Below the pieces are notes generated by a model. It was not told where the DNA came from, did no database searches, and saw only the letters and a list, made by a program, of their open reading frames with translations. From the human T2T-CHM13v2.0 reference genome, Homo sapiens: 64,000 bases of DNA. Below, piece by piece: positions 28,718 through 42,900 of the stretch. The stretch's first letter is position 1. Each line of letters starts with the position of its first letter. The position numbers and the translations under genes were made by a program. The stretch lies in the NCBI RefSeq assembly GCF_009914755.1, contig NC_060942.1, one strand, 5' to 3'.

Positions 28718-31700
28718 CATTCTCAGAAACTACTTTGTGATATCTGCATTCACATCACAGAGTTGAACATTCGCTTTCATAGAGCAGGTGTGAAACACTC
28801 TTTCTGCAGTATCTGGATGTGGACACTTGGAGCGCTTTGACGCTTACGGTGCAAAAGGAAATATCTTCCCATAAAAACTAGACAGAAGCATTCTCACAAA
28901 CTGGTTGGTGATGTATGTCCTCAACTAACAGAGTTGAACCTTTCTATTTACAGAGCAATTTTGAAAGACTCAGTTGGAGAATCTGCAAGTCGATATTTGG
29001 AAAGCTTTAAGGATTTCATTGGAAACCGGAATATCTCCAGGTAAAATCTAGAAAGAGGCATTCTCAGAAACTTCTTTGTGATGTGTGTCCTCACGTAACA
29101 CAGTACAACCTGTCTTTAGATACAGCAGTTTGGAAACACTCTTTCTGTAGAATCTGCAAGTGGATAGTTGGATAGCTCAAGCTATTTCGTTGGAAAGGGG
29201 AATATCTTCATATAAACTCTAGACAGAAGCACTCTCAGAAACTAATTTGTGATATCTGTATTCAAGTCACAGAGTTGAATATTCCCTTTCTTAGAGCAGG
29301 TTTGAACCCGTCTTTTCGTGGAATCTGCAGGAGGATATTTGGATAGCTTTGAGGATTTCGTTGGAAACCGGATTACATATACAAAGTAGACAGCAGCATT
29401 CTCAGAAGCTGCTTTGTGATGTTTGCTTTTAGTCACAGAGTTGAACATTCCCTTTCATGGAGCAGGTTTCAAACACTCTTTCTATAGTATCTGGAAGAGG
29501 ACATTTCGAGCGCTTTCAGGCCTATGGTGATCAAGGAAATATCTTCCCATAAAAAGTTGACAGAACCATTCTCACAAACTGGTTTGGGATGTATGCCCTC
29601 ATCCAACAGAGTATAACCTGTCTTTTGATACAGCAGTATAGAAAAACTCTTTCTGTAAAATCTGCAAGTGGATATTTCGATAGCTCTAACGATTTCGTTG
29701 GAAACGGGAATACTTTAATATAAAACCTAGACAGAGGCACTCTCAGAAACTGCTTTGTGATATGTGCATTCAAGTCACAGAGTTGAACATTCCCTTTATT
29801 AGAGCAGGTTTGAAACACTCCTTTGTATTATCTGGAAGTGGACATTTGGAGCGCTTTGACGCCTTTGGTGAAAAAGGAAATATCTTCCCATAAAAACCAG
29901 ACAGAAGCATTCTCAGAAACTTCTTTGTGATGTGTGTCCTCAACTAACAGAGTTCAACCTCTCTTATGATACAGAAGTTTGGAAATACTCTTTTTGTAGA
30001 ATATGCAAGGGGATATTTGGATAGCTCGAAGTATTTCGTTGGAAACGGGAATAACTTCATATAAAATCTAGACAGAAGCACTCTCAGGAACTACTTTGTG
30101 ATATCTGCATTCAAGTCACAGAGTTGAATATTCCCTTTCTTAGAGCAGGTTTGAAACCTTCTTTTCTTAGAATCTGCAGGTGGATATTTGGATAGCTTTC
30201 AGGATTTCGTTGCAAACGGGATTACACATACAAAGTAGACAGTAGCATTCTCAGAAGCTTCTCTGTGATGTTTGCTTTTAAGTCACAGAGTTGAACATTC
30301 CCTTTCATAGAGCAGGTTTGAAACACTCTTTCTGTAGTATCTGGAAGTGGACATTTCGAGCGCTTTCAGGCCTATGGTGAAAAAGGAAATATCTTCCCAT
30401 AAAAACTAGACAGAAGCATTCTCAGAAACTTATTTGTGATGTGTGTCCTCAACTAACAGAGTTGAACCTTTCTTTTGATACAGGAGTTTGGAAACACTCT
30501 TTTTGTAGAATCTGCAAGTGGATATTTGGATAACTTTGAAGATTTCGTTGGAAACGGGAATATCTTCATGTAAAATCGAGACAGAAGCATTCTCAGAAAC
30601 TGCTTTGTGATGTCTGCATTCACATCACAGAGTTGAACATTCGCTTTCATAGAGCAGGTTTGAAACACTCTTTCTGTAGTATCTGGATGTGGACACTTGG
30701 AGCGCTTTGACGCTTACGGTGCAAAACGAAATATCTTCCCATAAAAACTAGACAGAAGCATTCTCACAAACTGGTTTGTGATGTATGTCCTCAACTAACA
30801 GAGTTGAACCTTTCTATTTACAGAGCACTTTTGAAAGACTCAATTGGAGAATCTGCAAGTGGATATTTGGATAACTTTGAAGATTTCGTTGGAAACGGGA
30901 ATATCTTCATGTAAAATCGAGACAGAAGCATTCTCAGAAACTGCTTTGTGATGTCTGCATTCACGTCACAGAGTTGAACATTCGCTTTCATAGAGCAGGT
31001 TTGAAACACTCTTTCTGTAGTATCTGGATGTGGACACTTGGAGCGCTTTGATGCTTACGGTGCAAAAGGAAATATCTTTCCATAAAAACTAGACAGAAGC
31101 ATTCTCACAAACTCGTTTGTGATGTATGTCTTCAACTAACAGAGTTGAACCTTTCTATTTACAGAGTAGTTCTGAAAGACTCAGTTGGAGAATCTGCAAG
31201 TTGATATTTGGAAAGCTTTAAGGGTTTCATTGGAAACAGGAATATCTTCAGGTAAAATCTAGATAGGGGCATTCTCACAAAATGCTTTGTGATGTGTGTC
31301 CTCAAGTAACAGAGTACAACCTGTCTTTTGATACTGCAGTTTGGAAACACTCTTTCTGTAGAATCTGCAAGTGGATATTTGGATAGCTCAAGTTATTTCG
31401 TTGGAAACGGGAATAGCATCATATAAACCCTAGACAGAAGCACTCTCAGAAACTACTTTGTGATATCTGTATTCAAGTCACAGAGTTCAATATTCCCTTT
31501 CTTAGAGCAGGTTTGAAACCGTCTTTTCGTGGAATCTGCAGGATGATATTTGGATAGCTTTGAGGATTTCGTTGGAAACGGGATTACATATACAAAGTAG
31601 ACAGCAGCATTCTCAGAAGCTGCTTTGTGATGTTTGCTTTTAAGTCACAGAGTTGAACATTCCCTTTCATAGAGCAGGATTCAAACACTCTTTCTGTAGT

Positions 31701-32030
31701 ATCTGGAAGTGGACATTTCGAGGGCTTTCAGGCCTATGGTGAAAAAGGAAATATCTTCCCATAAAAAATAGACAGAAGCATTCTCAGAAACTTATTTGTG
31801 ATGTATGTCCTCAACTAACAGAGTTGAACCTTTCTTTTGATACAGCAGTTTGGAAACACCTTTTATGTAGAATCTGCAAGTGGATATTTGGATAACTTTG
31901 GAGATTTCATTGGAAACGGGAATATCTTCATGTAATATCGAGACAGAAGCATTCTCAGAAACTGCTTTGTGATGTCTGCATTCACGTCACAGAGTTGAAC
32001 ATTCGCTTTCATAGAGCAGGTTTGAAACAC
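28718..32030 (+). repeat. Distinct divergent sub-variant of family-A alpha satellite
   Basis: Private motifs repeated here and not in the family-A DNA to the left: GGTGCAAAA, GACTCAGTTGG/GACTCAATTGG, GATAGCTCAAG, GATAACTTTG, ATCGAGACAG. Confidence 0.75.
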
Positions 32031-35000
32031 TCTATTTTTAGTATATGGTAGTGGACATTTGGAGCGTTTTCAGGCCTGCGTTGGAAAAGGAAATATCTTC
32101 CCATAACAACTAGACAGAAGCCTTCTCAGAAACTAGTTTCTGATGTGTGTCCTCAACTAACACAGTTGAACATTTCTTTTGACAGAACAGTTTTGAAACA
32201 CTCTTTTTGTGGAATCTGCAAGTGGATATTTGGCTACATTTGAGGATTTCGTTGGAAACGGGATTACATATAAAAAGCAGACAGCACCATTCTCAGAAAC
32301 TTCTTTGTGATGATTGCATTCAAGTCACAGAATTGAACATTCCCTTTCACAGACCAGGTTTGAAACACTCTTTTGCAGTGTCTGTAAGTGGACATTTGGA
32401 GCGCTTTCTGGCCTAAGGTGAAAAAGGAAATATCTTCCCATAAAAACTAGACAGAAGCATTCTCAGAAACTTACTCGTGATGTGTGTCCTCAACCAAAGG
32501 AGTAGAACCTTTCTTTTCATAGAGAAGTTTTGAAACGCTCTTTTTGTGGAATCTGCAAGTGGATATTTGGCTAGTTTTGAGGATTTCGTTGGAAGCGGGA
32601 TTTCATAGAAATTGAAGACTGCAGCGTTCTGAGAAATATCTTTGTGATGTTTGTATTCAGGACACAGAGTTGAACATTCCCTATCATAAAGCAGGTTTGA
32701 ATCACTCCTTTTGTCGTATCTGGAAGTGGACATTTGGAGCGATTTCAGGCCTATGTTGAAAAAGGAAATATCTTCCCATAACAACTGGACAGAAGCATTC
32801 TCAGAAACTACTTTGTGATGTGTGCCCTCTACTGACAGAGTTGAACCTTTCTTTTCATAGAGCAGTTTCGAAACACTCTTTTTCTAGAATCTGCAAGAGG
32901 ATATTTGCATAGCTTTTAGGATTTCTTTGGAAACGGGATTGTCTTCAGATAAAATCTAGACAGAAGCATTCTCAGAAACTTCTTTGGGATGTTTGCATTC
33001 AAGTCACAGAGTAGAACATTCCCTTTGGTAGAGCAGGTTTGAAACACTCTTTTTTTAGTTTATGGAAGTGGACATTTGGAGCGCTTTCAGGCCTACGTTG
33101 GAAAAGGAAATATCTTCCCAAAAAAACTAGACAGAAGCATTCTCAGAAACTTATTTGTGATGTGTGTCCTCAACTGACAGAGTTGAACATTTCTTTTGAG
33201 AGAGCAGTTTTGAAACACTCTTTTTGTGGAATCTGCAAGTGGATATTTGGCTGGCTTTGAGGATTTCGTTGGAAACGTGAATACAAATAAAAAGCAGACA
33301 GCAGCGTTCTGAGAAACTTCTTGGTGATGTTTGCATTCAAGTCACAGAATTGAACATTCCCTTTGATAGAACAGGTTTGAAACACTCCTTTTGTCATATC
33401 TGGAAGTGTCCATTTGGAACGCATTCAGGCTTGTGTTGAAAAAGGAAATATCTTCCCATAAAAACTAGACAGAAGCATTCTCAGAAACTTATTGGAGATG
33501 TGTGTCTCCAACTAAGAGAATTGAACCACCGTTTTGAAGGAGCAGTTTTGAAACAGTCTTTTTCTGGAATCTGCAAGTGGATATTTGGCTAGCTTTGGGG
33601 ATTTCGCTGGAAGCGGAAATACATATAAAAAGCACACAGCAGCGTTATGAGAAACGGCTTTCTGATGTTTGCATTCAAGTCAAAAGATGAACACTCCCTT
33701 TCATAGAGCAGGCTTGAAACACCCCTTTTGTAGTATCTGGAAGTGGACATTTGGGGGGCTTTCAGGCCTATGTTGAAAAAGGAAATATCTTCTATAACAA
33801 CTGACAGAAGCATTCTCAGAAACTTGTTTGTGATGTGTGCCCTCTACTGACAGAGTTGAACCTTTCTTTTCATAGAGCAGTTTTGAAACACTCTTTTTGT
33901 AGAATCTGCAAGAGGATATTTGCATAGCTTTGAGGATTTCGTTGGAAACGGGATTGTCTTCAGATAAAATCTAGACAGAAGCATTCTCAGAAACTTCTTT
34001 GGGATGTTTGCATTCAAGTCACAGAGTAGAACATTCCCTTTGGTAGAGCAGGTTTGAAACACTCTTTTTTTAGTATATGGAAATGGACATTTGGAGCGCT
34101 TTCAGGCCTACTTTGGAAAAGGAAATATCTTCCCATAACAACTAGACAGAAGCATTCTCAGAAACTAGTTTCTGATGTGTGTCCTCAACTAACAGAGTTG
34201 AACATTTCTTTTGACAGAACAGTTTTGAAACACTCTTTTTGTGGAATCTGCAAGTGGATATTTGGCTACATTTGAGGATTTCGTTGGAAACGGGATTACA
34301 TATAAAAACCAGACAGCAGCATTCTCAGAAACTTCTTTGTGATGATTGCATTCCAGTCAGAGAATTGAACATTCCCTTTCACAGAGCAGGTTTGAAACAC
34401 TCTTTTTGTAGTGTCTGTAAGTGGACATTTGGAGTGCTTTCCGGCCTCAGGTGGAAAAGGAAATATCTTCCCATAAAAACTAGACAGAAGCATTCTCAGA
34501 AACTTACTCGTGATATGTGTCCTCAGCTAAAGGAGTAGAACCTTTCTTTTCATAGAGCAGTTTTGAAACACTCTTTTTGTAGAATCTGCAAGTGGATATT
34601 TCGATAGCTTTGTGGATTTCGTTGGAAACGGGAATATCTTCATATAAAATCTAGACAGAAGCATTCTCAGAAACTTCCTTGTGATGGTTGCATTCAAGTC
34701 ACAGAGTTGAACATTCGCTTTCATAGAGCAGGTTTGAAGCACTCTTTTTCCATTACCTGGAAGTGGACATTTGGAGCGCTTTGAGGCCTATGGTGAAAAA
34801 GGAAATATCTTCCCAAAAAAACTAGACAGAAGCATTCTCAGAAACTTATTTGTGATGTGTGTCCTCAACTGACAGAGTTGAACATTACTTTTGAGAGAGC
34901 AGTTTTGAAACACTCTTTTTGTGGAATCTGCAAGTGGATATTTGGCTGGCTTTGAGGATTTCGTTGGAAACGCGAATACATATAAAAAGCAGACAGCAGC

Positions 35001-38000
35001 GTTCTGAGAAACTTCTTGGTGATGTTTGCAATCAAGTCACAGAATTGAACATTCCCTTTGATAGAACAGGTTTGAAGCACTCCTTTTGTCATATCTGGAA
35101 GTGTCCATTTGGAGCGCATTCAGGCTTGTGTTGAAAAAGGAAATATCTTCCCATAAAAACTAGACAGAAGCATTCTCAGAAACTTATTTGAGATGTGTGT
35201 ACTCAACTAAGAGAATTGAACCACCGTTTTGAAGGAGCAGATTTGAAACACTCTTTTTCTGGAATCTGCAAGAGGATATTTGGCTAGCTTTGCGGATTTC
35301 GCTGGAAGAGGGAATACATATAAAAAGCACACAGCAGCGTTCTGAGAAACGGCTTTCTGCTGCTTGCATTCAAGTCAAAAGTTGAACACTCCCTTTCATA
35401 GAGCAGGCTTGAAACACCCCTTTTGTAGTATCTGGAAGTGGACATTTGGGGCGCTTTCAGGGCTAAGGTGAAAAAGGAAATATCTTCCCACAAAAACTAG
35501 ACAGAAGCATTCTCAGAAACTTGTTTATGCTGTATCTACTCAACTAACAAAGTTGAACCTTTCTTTTCATAGATCAGTTTTGAAATGCTCTTTTTGTGGA
35601 ATCTGCAAGTGGATATTTGGCTAGTTTTGAGGATTCCGTTGGAAGCGGGAATTCATACAAATTGCAGACTGCAGCGTTCTGAGAAACATCTTTGTGATGT
35701 TCGTATTCAGGACACAGAGTTGAACATTCCCTATCATAGAGCAGGTTGGAATCACTCCTTTGTAGTATCTGGAAGTGGAAATTTGGAGCTCTTTCAGGCC
35801 TAGGTTGAAAAAGGAAATATCTTCCCAAAACAACTAGACAGAAGCATTCTCAGAAACTTGTTTGAGATGTGTGCCCTCTACTGACAGAGTTGAACCTTTC
35901 TTTTCATAGAGCAGTTTTGAAACACTCTTTTTGTAGAATCTGCAAGAGGATATTTGCATAGCTTTCAGGATTTCGTTGGAAACGGGATTGTCTTCAGATA
36001 AAATCTAGACAGAAGCATTCTAAGAATCTTCTTTGGGATGTTTGCATTCAAGTCACAGAGTAGAACATTCCCTTTGGTAGAGCAGGTTTGAAACACTCTT
36101 TTTTTAGTATATGGTAGTGGACATTTGAAGCGCTTTCAGGCCTACGTTGGAAAAGGAAATATCTTCCCATAACAACTAGACAGAAGCATTCTCAGAAACT
36201 AGTTTCTGATGTGTGTCCTCAACTAACAGAGTTGAACATTTCTTTTGACAGAACAGTTTTGAAACACTTTTTTTTTGGAATCTGCAAGTGGATATTTGGC
36301 TAGATTTGAGGATTTCGTTGGAAACGGGATTACATATAAAAAGCAGACAGCAGCATTCTCAGAAACTTGTTTGTGATGATTGCATTCAAGTCACAGAATT
36401 GAACATTCCCTTTCACAGAGCAGGTTTGAAACACTCTTTTTGTAGTGTCTGTAAGTGGACATTTGGAGCGCTTTCCGGCCTAAGGTGAAAAAGGAAATAT
36501 CTTCCCATAAAAACTAGACAGAAGCATTCTCAGAAACTTACTCGTGATGTGTGTCCTCAACTAAAGGAGTAGAACCTTTCTTTTCATAGAGAAGTTTTGA
36601 AACGCTCTTTTTGTGGAATCTGCAAGTGGATATTTGGCTAGTTTTGAGGATTTCGTTGGAAGCGGTAATTCATACAAATTGCAGACTGCAGCGTTCTGAG
36701 AAACATTTTGTGATGTTTGTATTCAGGACACAGAGTTGAACATTCCCTATCATAGAGCATTTTTGATTCACTCCTTTTGTAGTATCTGGAAGTGGACATT
36801 TGGAGCGCTTTCAGGCCTATGTTGAAAAAGGAAATATCTTCCCATAACAACTAGACAGAAGCATTCTCAGAAACTTCTTTGTGATGTGTACCCTCTACTG
36901 ACAGAGTTGAACCTTTCTTTTCATAGAGCAGTTTCGAAACACTCTTTCTGTAGAATCTGCAAGTGGATATTTCGATAGCTTTGTGGATTTCGTTGGAAAC
37001 GGGAATATCTTCATATAAAATCTAGACAGAAGCATTCTCAGAAACTTCCTTGTGATGGTTGCATTCAAGTCACAGAGTTGAACATTCGCTTTCATAGAGC
37101 AGGTTTGAAACACTCTTTTTCCATTACCTGGAAGGGGACATTTGGAGCGCTTTGAGGCCTATGGTGAAAAAGGAAATATCTTCCCATAAAAACTAGACAG
37201 AAGCATTCTCAGAAACGTATTTGTGATGTGTGTCCTCAACTGACAGAGTTGAACATTTCTTTTGAGAGAGCAGTTTTGAAACACTCTTTTTGTGGAATCT
37301 GCAAGTGGATATTTGGCTGGATTTGAGGATTTCGTTGTAAACGGGAATACATATAAAAAGCAGACAGCAGCGTTCTGAGAAACCTCTTGGTGACGTTTGC
37401 AATCAAGTCACAGAATTGAACATTCCCTTTGATAGAACAGGTTTGAAACACTCCTTTTGTCATATCTGGAAGTGTCCATTTGGAGCGCATTCAGGCTTGT
37501 GTTGAAAAAGGAAATATCTTCCCATAAAAACTAGACAGAAGCATTCTCAGAAACTTATTTGTGATGTGTGTCCTCAACTGACAGAGTTGAACATTTCTTT
37601 TGAGAGAGCAGTTTCGAAACACTCTTTGTGTGGAATCTGCAAGAGGATATTTGCATAGCTTTGAGGATTTCGTTGGAAACGGGATTGTCTTCAGATCAAA
37701 TCTAGACAGAAGCATTCTAAGAATCTTCTTTGGGATGTTTGCATTCAAGTCACAGAGTAGAACATTCCCTTTGGTAGAGCAGGTTTGAAGCACTCTTTTT
37801 GTAGTATCTGGAAGTGGACATTTGGAGCGCTTTCAGGCCTACGTTGGAAAAGGAAATATCTTCCCATAACAACTAGACAGAAGCATTCTCAGAAACTAGT
37901 TTCTGATGTGTGTCCTCAACTAACAGAGATGAACATTTCTTTTGACAGAACAGTTTTGAAACACTCTTTTTGTGGAATCTGCAAGTGGATATTTGGCTAT

Positions 38001-39910
38001 ATTTGAGGATTTCGTTGGAAACGGGATTACATATAAAAAGCAGACAGCAGCATTCTCAGAAACTTACTCGTGATGTGTGTCCTCAACTAAAGGAGTAGAA
38101 CCTTTCTTTTCATAGAGAAGTTTTGAAACGCTCTTTTTGTGGAATCTGCAAGTGGATATTTGGCTACTTTTGAGGATTTCGTTGGAAGCGGGAATTAATA
38201 CAAATTGCAGACTGTAGCGTTCTGAGAAACATCTTTGTGATGTTTGTATTCAGGACACAGAGTTGAATATTCCCTATCATAGAGCAGGTTGGAATCACTC
38301 CTTTTGTCGTATCTGGAAGTGGACGTTTGGAGCGTTTTCAGGCCTATGTTGGAAAAGGAAATATCCTCCCATAACAGCTAGACAGAAGCATTCTCAGAAA
38401 CCTATTGGAGATGTGTGTACTCAACTAGGAGAATTGAACCACCGTTTTGAAGGAGCAGTTTTGAAATACTCTTTTTCTGGAATCTGCAAGTGGATATTTG
38501 GCTAGCTTTGGGGATATCGCTGGAAGCGGGAATACATATAAAAAGCACACAGCAGCGTTCTGAGAAACTGCTTTCTGATGTTTGCATTCAAGTCAAAAGT
38601 TGAACACTCCCTTTCATAGAGCAGGCCTGAAACACCCCTTTTGTAGTATCTGGAAGTGGACATTTGGAGCGCTTTCAGGGCTAAGGTGAAAAAGGAAATA
38701 TCTTCCCATAAAAACTGGACAGAAGCATTCTCAGAAACTTGTCCATGCTGTATCTACTCAACTAACAAAGTTGAACCTTTCCTTTGATAGAGCAGTTTAG
38801 AAATGCTCTTTTTCTGGAATCTGCAAGTGGATATTTGGCTAGTTTTGAGGATTTCGTTGGAAGCGGGAAATCATACGAATTGCACACTGCAGCGTTCTGA
38901 GAAACACCTTTGTGATATTTGTATTCAGGACACAGACTTGAACATTCCCTATCGTAGAGCAGGTTGGAATCACTCCTTTTGTAGTATCTGGAAGTGGACA
39001 TTTGGAGCGCTTTCAGGCCTATGTTGAAAAAGGAAATATCTTCCCAAAACAACTAGACAGAAGCATTCTCAGAAACTTGTTTGTGATGTGTGCCCTCTAC
39101 TGACAGAGTTGAACCGTTCTTTTCATAGAGCAGTTTCGAAACACTCTTTGTCTGGAATCTGCAAGAGGATATTTGCATAGCTTTGAGGATTTCGTTGGAA
39201 ACGGGATTGTCTTCAGATCAAATCTAGACAGAAGCATTCTAAGAATCTTCTTTGGGATGTTTGCATTCAAGTCACAGAGTAGAACATTCCCTTTGGTAGA
39301 GCAGGTTTGAAGCACTCTTTTTGTAGTATCTGGAAGTGGACATTTGGAGCGCTTTCAGGCCTACGTTGGAAAAGGAAATATCTTCCCATAACAACTAGAC
39401 AGAAGCATTCTCAGAAACTAGTTTCTGATGTGTGTCCTCAACTAACAGAGATGAACATTTCTTTTGACAGAACAGTTTTGAAACACTCTTTTTGTGGAAT
39501 CTGCAAGTGGATATTTGGCTATATTTGAGGATTTCGTTGGAAACGGGATTACATATAAAAAGCAGACAGCAGCATTCTCAGAAACTTACTCGTGATGTGT
39601 GTCCTCAACTAAAGGAGTAGAACCTTTCTTTTCATAGAGAAGTTTTGAAACGCTCTTTTTGTGGAATCTGCAAGTGGATATTTGGCTAGTTTTGAGGATT
39701 TCGTTGGAAGCGGGAATTAATACAAATTGCAGACTGTAGCGTTCTGAGAAACATCTTTGTGATGTTTGTATTCAGGACACAGAGTTGAACATTCCCTATC
39801 ATAGAGCAGGTTGGGATCACTCCTTTTGTAGTATCTGGAAGTGGACATTTGGAGCGCTTTCAGGCCTATGTTGAAAAAGGAAATATCTTCCCAAAACAAC
39901 TAGACAGAAG
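32031..39910 (+). repeat. Irregular/divergent family-B (D18Z1-like, tentative) alpha satellite with extra monomer types
   Basis: Family-B motifs appear (GGAAGCGGGAATTCATACAAATTGCAGACTGCAG, CCCTTTGGTAGAGC, AAAGGAGTAGAACC) in variable order, interleaved with X/Y monomers. Confidence 0.88.
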
Positions 39911-42900
39911 CATTCTCAGAAACTTGTTTGTGATGTGTGCCCTCTACTGACAGAGTTGAACCGTTCTTTTCATAGAGCAGTTTCGAAACACTCTTTGTGT
40001 GGAATCTGCAAGAGGATATTTGCATAGCTTTGAGGATTTCGTTGGAAACGGGATTGTCTTCAGGTAAAATCTAGACAGAAGCATTCTCAGAAACTTCTTT
40101 GGGATGTTTGCATTCAAGTAACAGAGGAGAACATTCCCTTTGGTAGAGCAGGTTTGAAACACACTTTTTGTAGTATCTGGAAGTGGACATTTGGAGGGCT
40201 TTCAGGCCTACGTTGGAAAAGGAAATATCTTCCCATAACAACTAGACAGAAGCCTTCTCAGAAACTAGTTTCTGATGTGTGTCCTCAACTAACAGAGTTG
40301 AACCTTTCTTTTGACAGAACAGTTTAGAAACACTCTTTTTGAGGAATCTGCAAGTGGACATTTGGCTAGATTTGAGGATTTCGTTGGAAACGGGATTACA
40401 TATAAAAAGCAGACAGCAGCATTCTCAGAAACTTCTTTGTGGTGGTTGCATTCAAGTCACAGGATTGAACATTCCCTTTCACAGAGCAGGTTTGAAACAC
40501 TCTTTTGTAGTGTCTGTAAGTGGACATTTGGAGCGCTTTCCGGACTCAGGTGAAAAAGGAAATATCTTCCCATAAAAACTAGACAGAAGCATTCTCAGAA
40601 ACTGACTCGTGATGTGTGTCCTCAACTAAAGGAGTAGAACCTTTCTTTTCATAGAGAAGTTTTGAAACGCTCTTTTTGTGGAATCTGCAAGTGGATATTT
40701 GGCTAGTTTTGAGGATTTCGTTGGAATCGGGAATTCATACAAATTGCAGACTGCAGCGTTCTGAGAAACATCTTTGTGATGTTTGTATTCAGGACACAGA
40801 GTTGAACATTCCCTATCATAGAGCAGGTTGGAATCACTCCTTTTGTCGTATCTGGAAGTGGACGTTTGGAGCGCTTTCAGGCCTATGTTGGAAAAGGAAA
40901 TATCCTCCCATAACAGCTACACAGAAGCATTCTCAGAAACCTATTTGAGATGTGTGTACTCAACTAGCAGAATTGAACCACCGTTTTGAAGGAGCAGTTT
41001 TGAAACACTCTTTTTCTGGAATCTGCAAGTGGATATTTGGCTAGATTTGGGGATTTCGCTGGAAGCGGGAATACATATAAAAAGCACACAGCAGCGTTCT
41101 GAGAAACTGCTTTCTGATGTTTGCATTCAAGTCAAAAGTTGAACACTCCCGTTCATAGAGCAGGCTTGAAACACCCCTTTTGTAGTATCTGGAAGTGGAC
41201 ATTTGGAGCACTTTCAGGGCTAAGGTGATAAAGGAAATGTCTTCCCATAAAAACTGGACAGAGGCATTCTCAGAAACTTGTCCATGCTGTATCTACTCAA
41301 CTAACAAAGTTGAACCTTTCCTTTGATAGAGCAGTTTTGAAATGCTCTTTTTCTGGAATCTGCAAGTGGATATTTGGCTAGTTTTGAGGATTTCGTTGGA
41401 AGCGGGAATTCATACGAATTGCAGACTGCAGCGTTCTGAGAAACATCTTTGTGATGTTTGTATTCAGGACACAGGGTTGAACATTACCTATCGTAGAGCG
41501 GGTTGGAATCACTCCTTTTGTAGTATCTGGAAGTGGCCATTTGGAGCGCTTTCAGGCCTATGTTGAAAAAGGAAATATCTTCCCAAAACAACTAGACAGA
41601 AGCATTCTCAGAAACTTGTTTGTGATGTGTGCCCTCTACTGACAGAGTTGAACCTTTCCTTTCATAGAGCAGTTTCGAAACACTCTTTGTGTAGAATCTG
41701 CAAGAGGATATTTGCATAAGTTTGAGGATTTCGTTGGAAACGGGATTGTCTTCAGGTAAAATCTAGACAGAAGCATTCTCAGAAACTTCTTTGGGATGTT
41801 TGCATTCAAGTCACAGAGGAGAACATTCCCTTTGGTAGAGCAGGTTTGAAACACTCTTTTTGTAGTATCTGGAAGTGGACATTTGGAGCGCTTTCAGAAC
41901 TACGTTGGAAAAGGAAATATCTTCCCATAACAACTAGACAGAAGCCTTCTCAGAAACTAGTTTCTGATGTGTGTCCTCAACTAACAGAGTTGAACCTTTC
42001 TTTTGACAGAACAGTTTTGAAACACTCTTTTTGAGGAATCTGCAAGTGGATATTTGGCTAGATTTGAGGATTTCGTTGGACACGGGATTACATATAAAAA
42101 GCAGACAGCAGCATTCTCAGAAACTTCTTTGTGGTGATTGCATTCAAGTCACAGAATTGAACATTCACTTTCACAGAGCAGGTTTGAAACACTCTTTTGT
42201 AGTGTCTGTAAGTGGACATTTGGAGCGCTTTCCGGCCTCAGGTGAAAAAGGAAATATCTTCCCATAAAAACTAGACAGAAGCATTCTCAGAAACGTACTC
42301 TTGATGTGTGTCCTCAACTAAAGGAGTAGAATCTTTCTTTTCATAGAGAAGTTTTGAAACGCTCTTTTTGTGGAATCTGCAAGTGGATATTTGGCTACTT
42401 TTGAGGATTTCGTTGGAATCGAGAATTCATACAAATTGCAGACTGCAGCGTTCTGAGAAACATCTTTGTGATGTTTGTATTCAGGACACAGAGTTGAGCA
42501 TTCCCTATCATAGAGCAGGTTGGAATCACTCCTTTTGTCGTATCTGGATGTGGACGCTTGGAGCGCTTTCAGGCCTATGATGGAAAAGGAAATATACTCC
42601 CATAACAGCTAGACAGAAGCATTCTCAGAAACCTATTTGAGATGTGTGTACTCAACTAAGAGAATTGAACCACCGTTTTGAAGGAGCAGTTTTGAAACAC
42701 TCTTTTTCTAGGATCTGCAAGTGGATATTTGGGTAGCTTTGGGGATTTCGCTGGAAGCGGGAATACATATAAAAAGCACACAGCAGCGTTCTGAGAAAAT
42801 GCTTTCTGATGTTTGCATTCAAGTCAAAAGTTGAACACTCCCTTTCATAGAGCAGGCCTGAAACACCCCTTTTGTAGTATCTGGAAGTGGACATTTGGAG

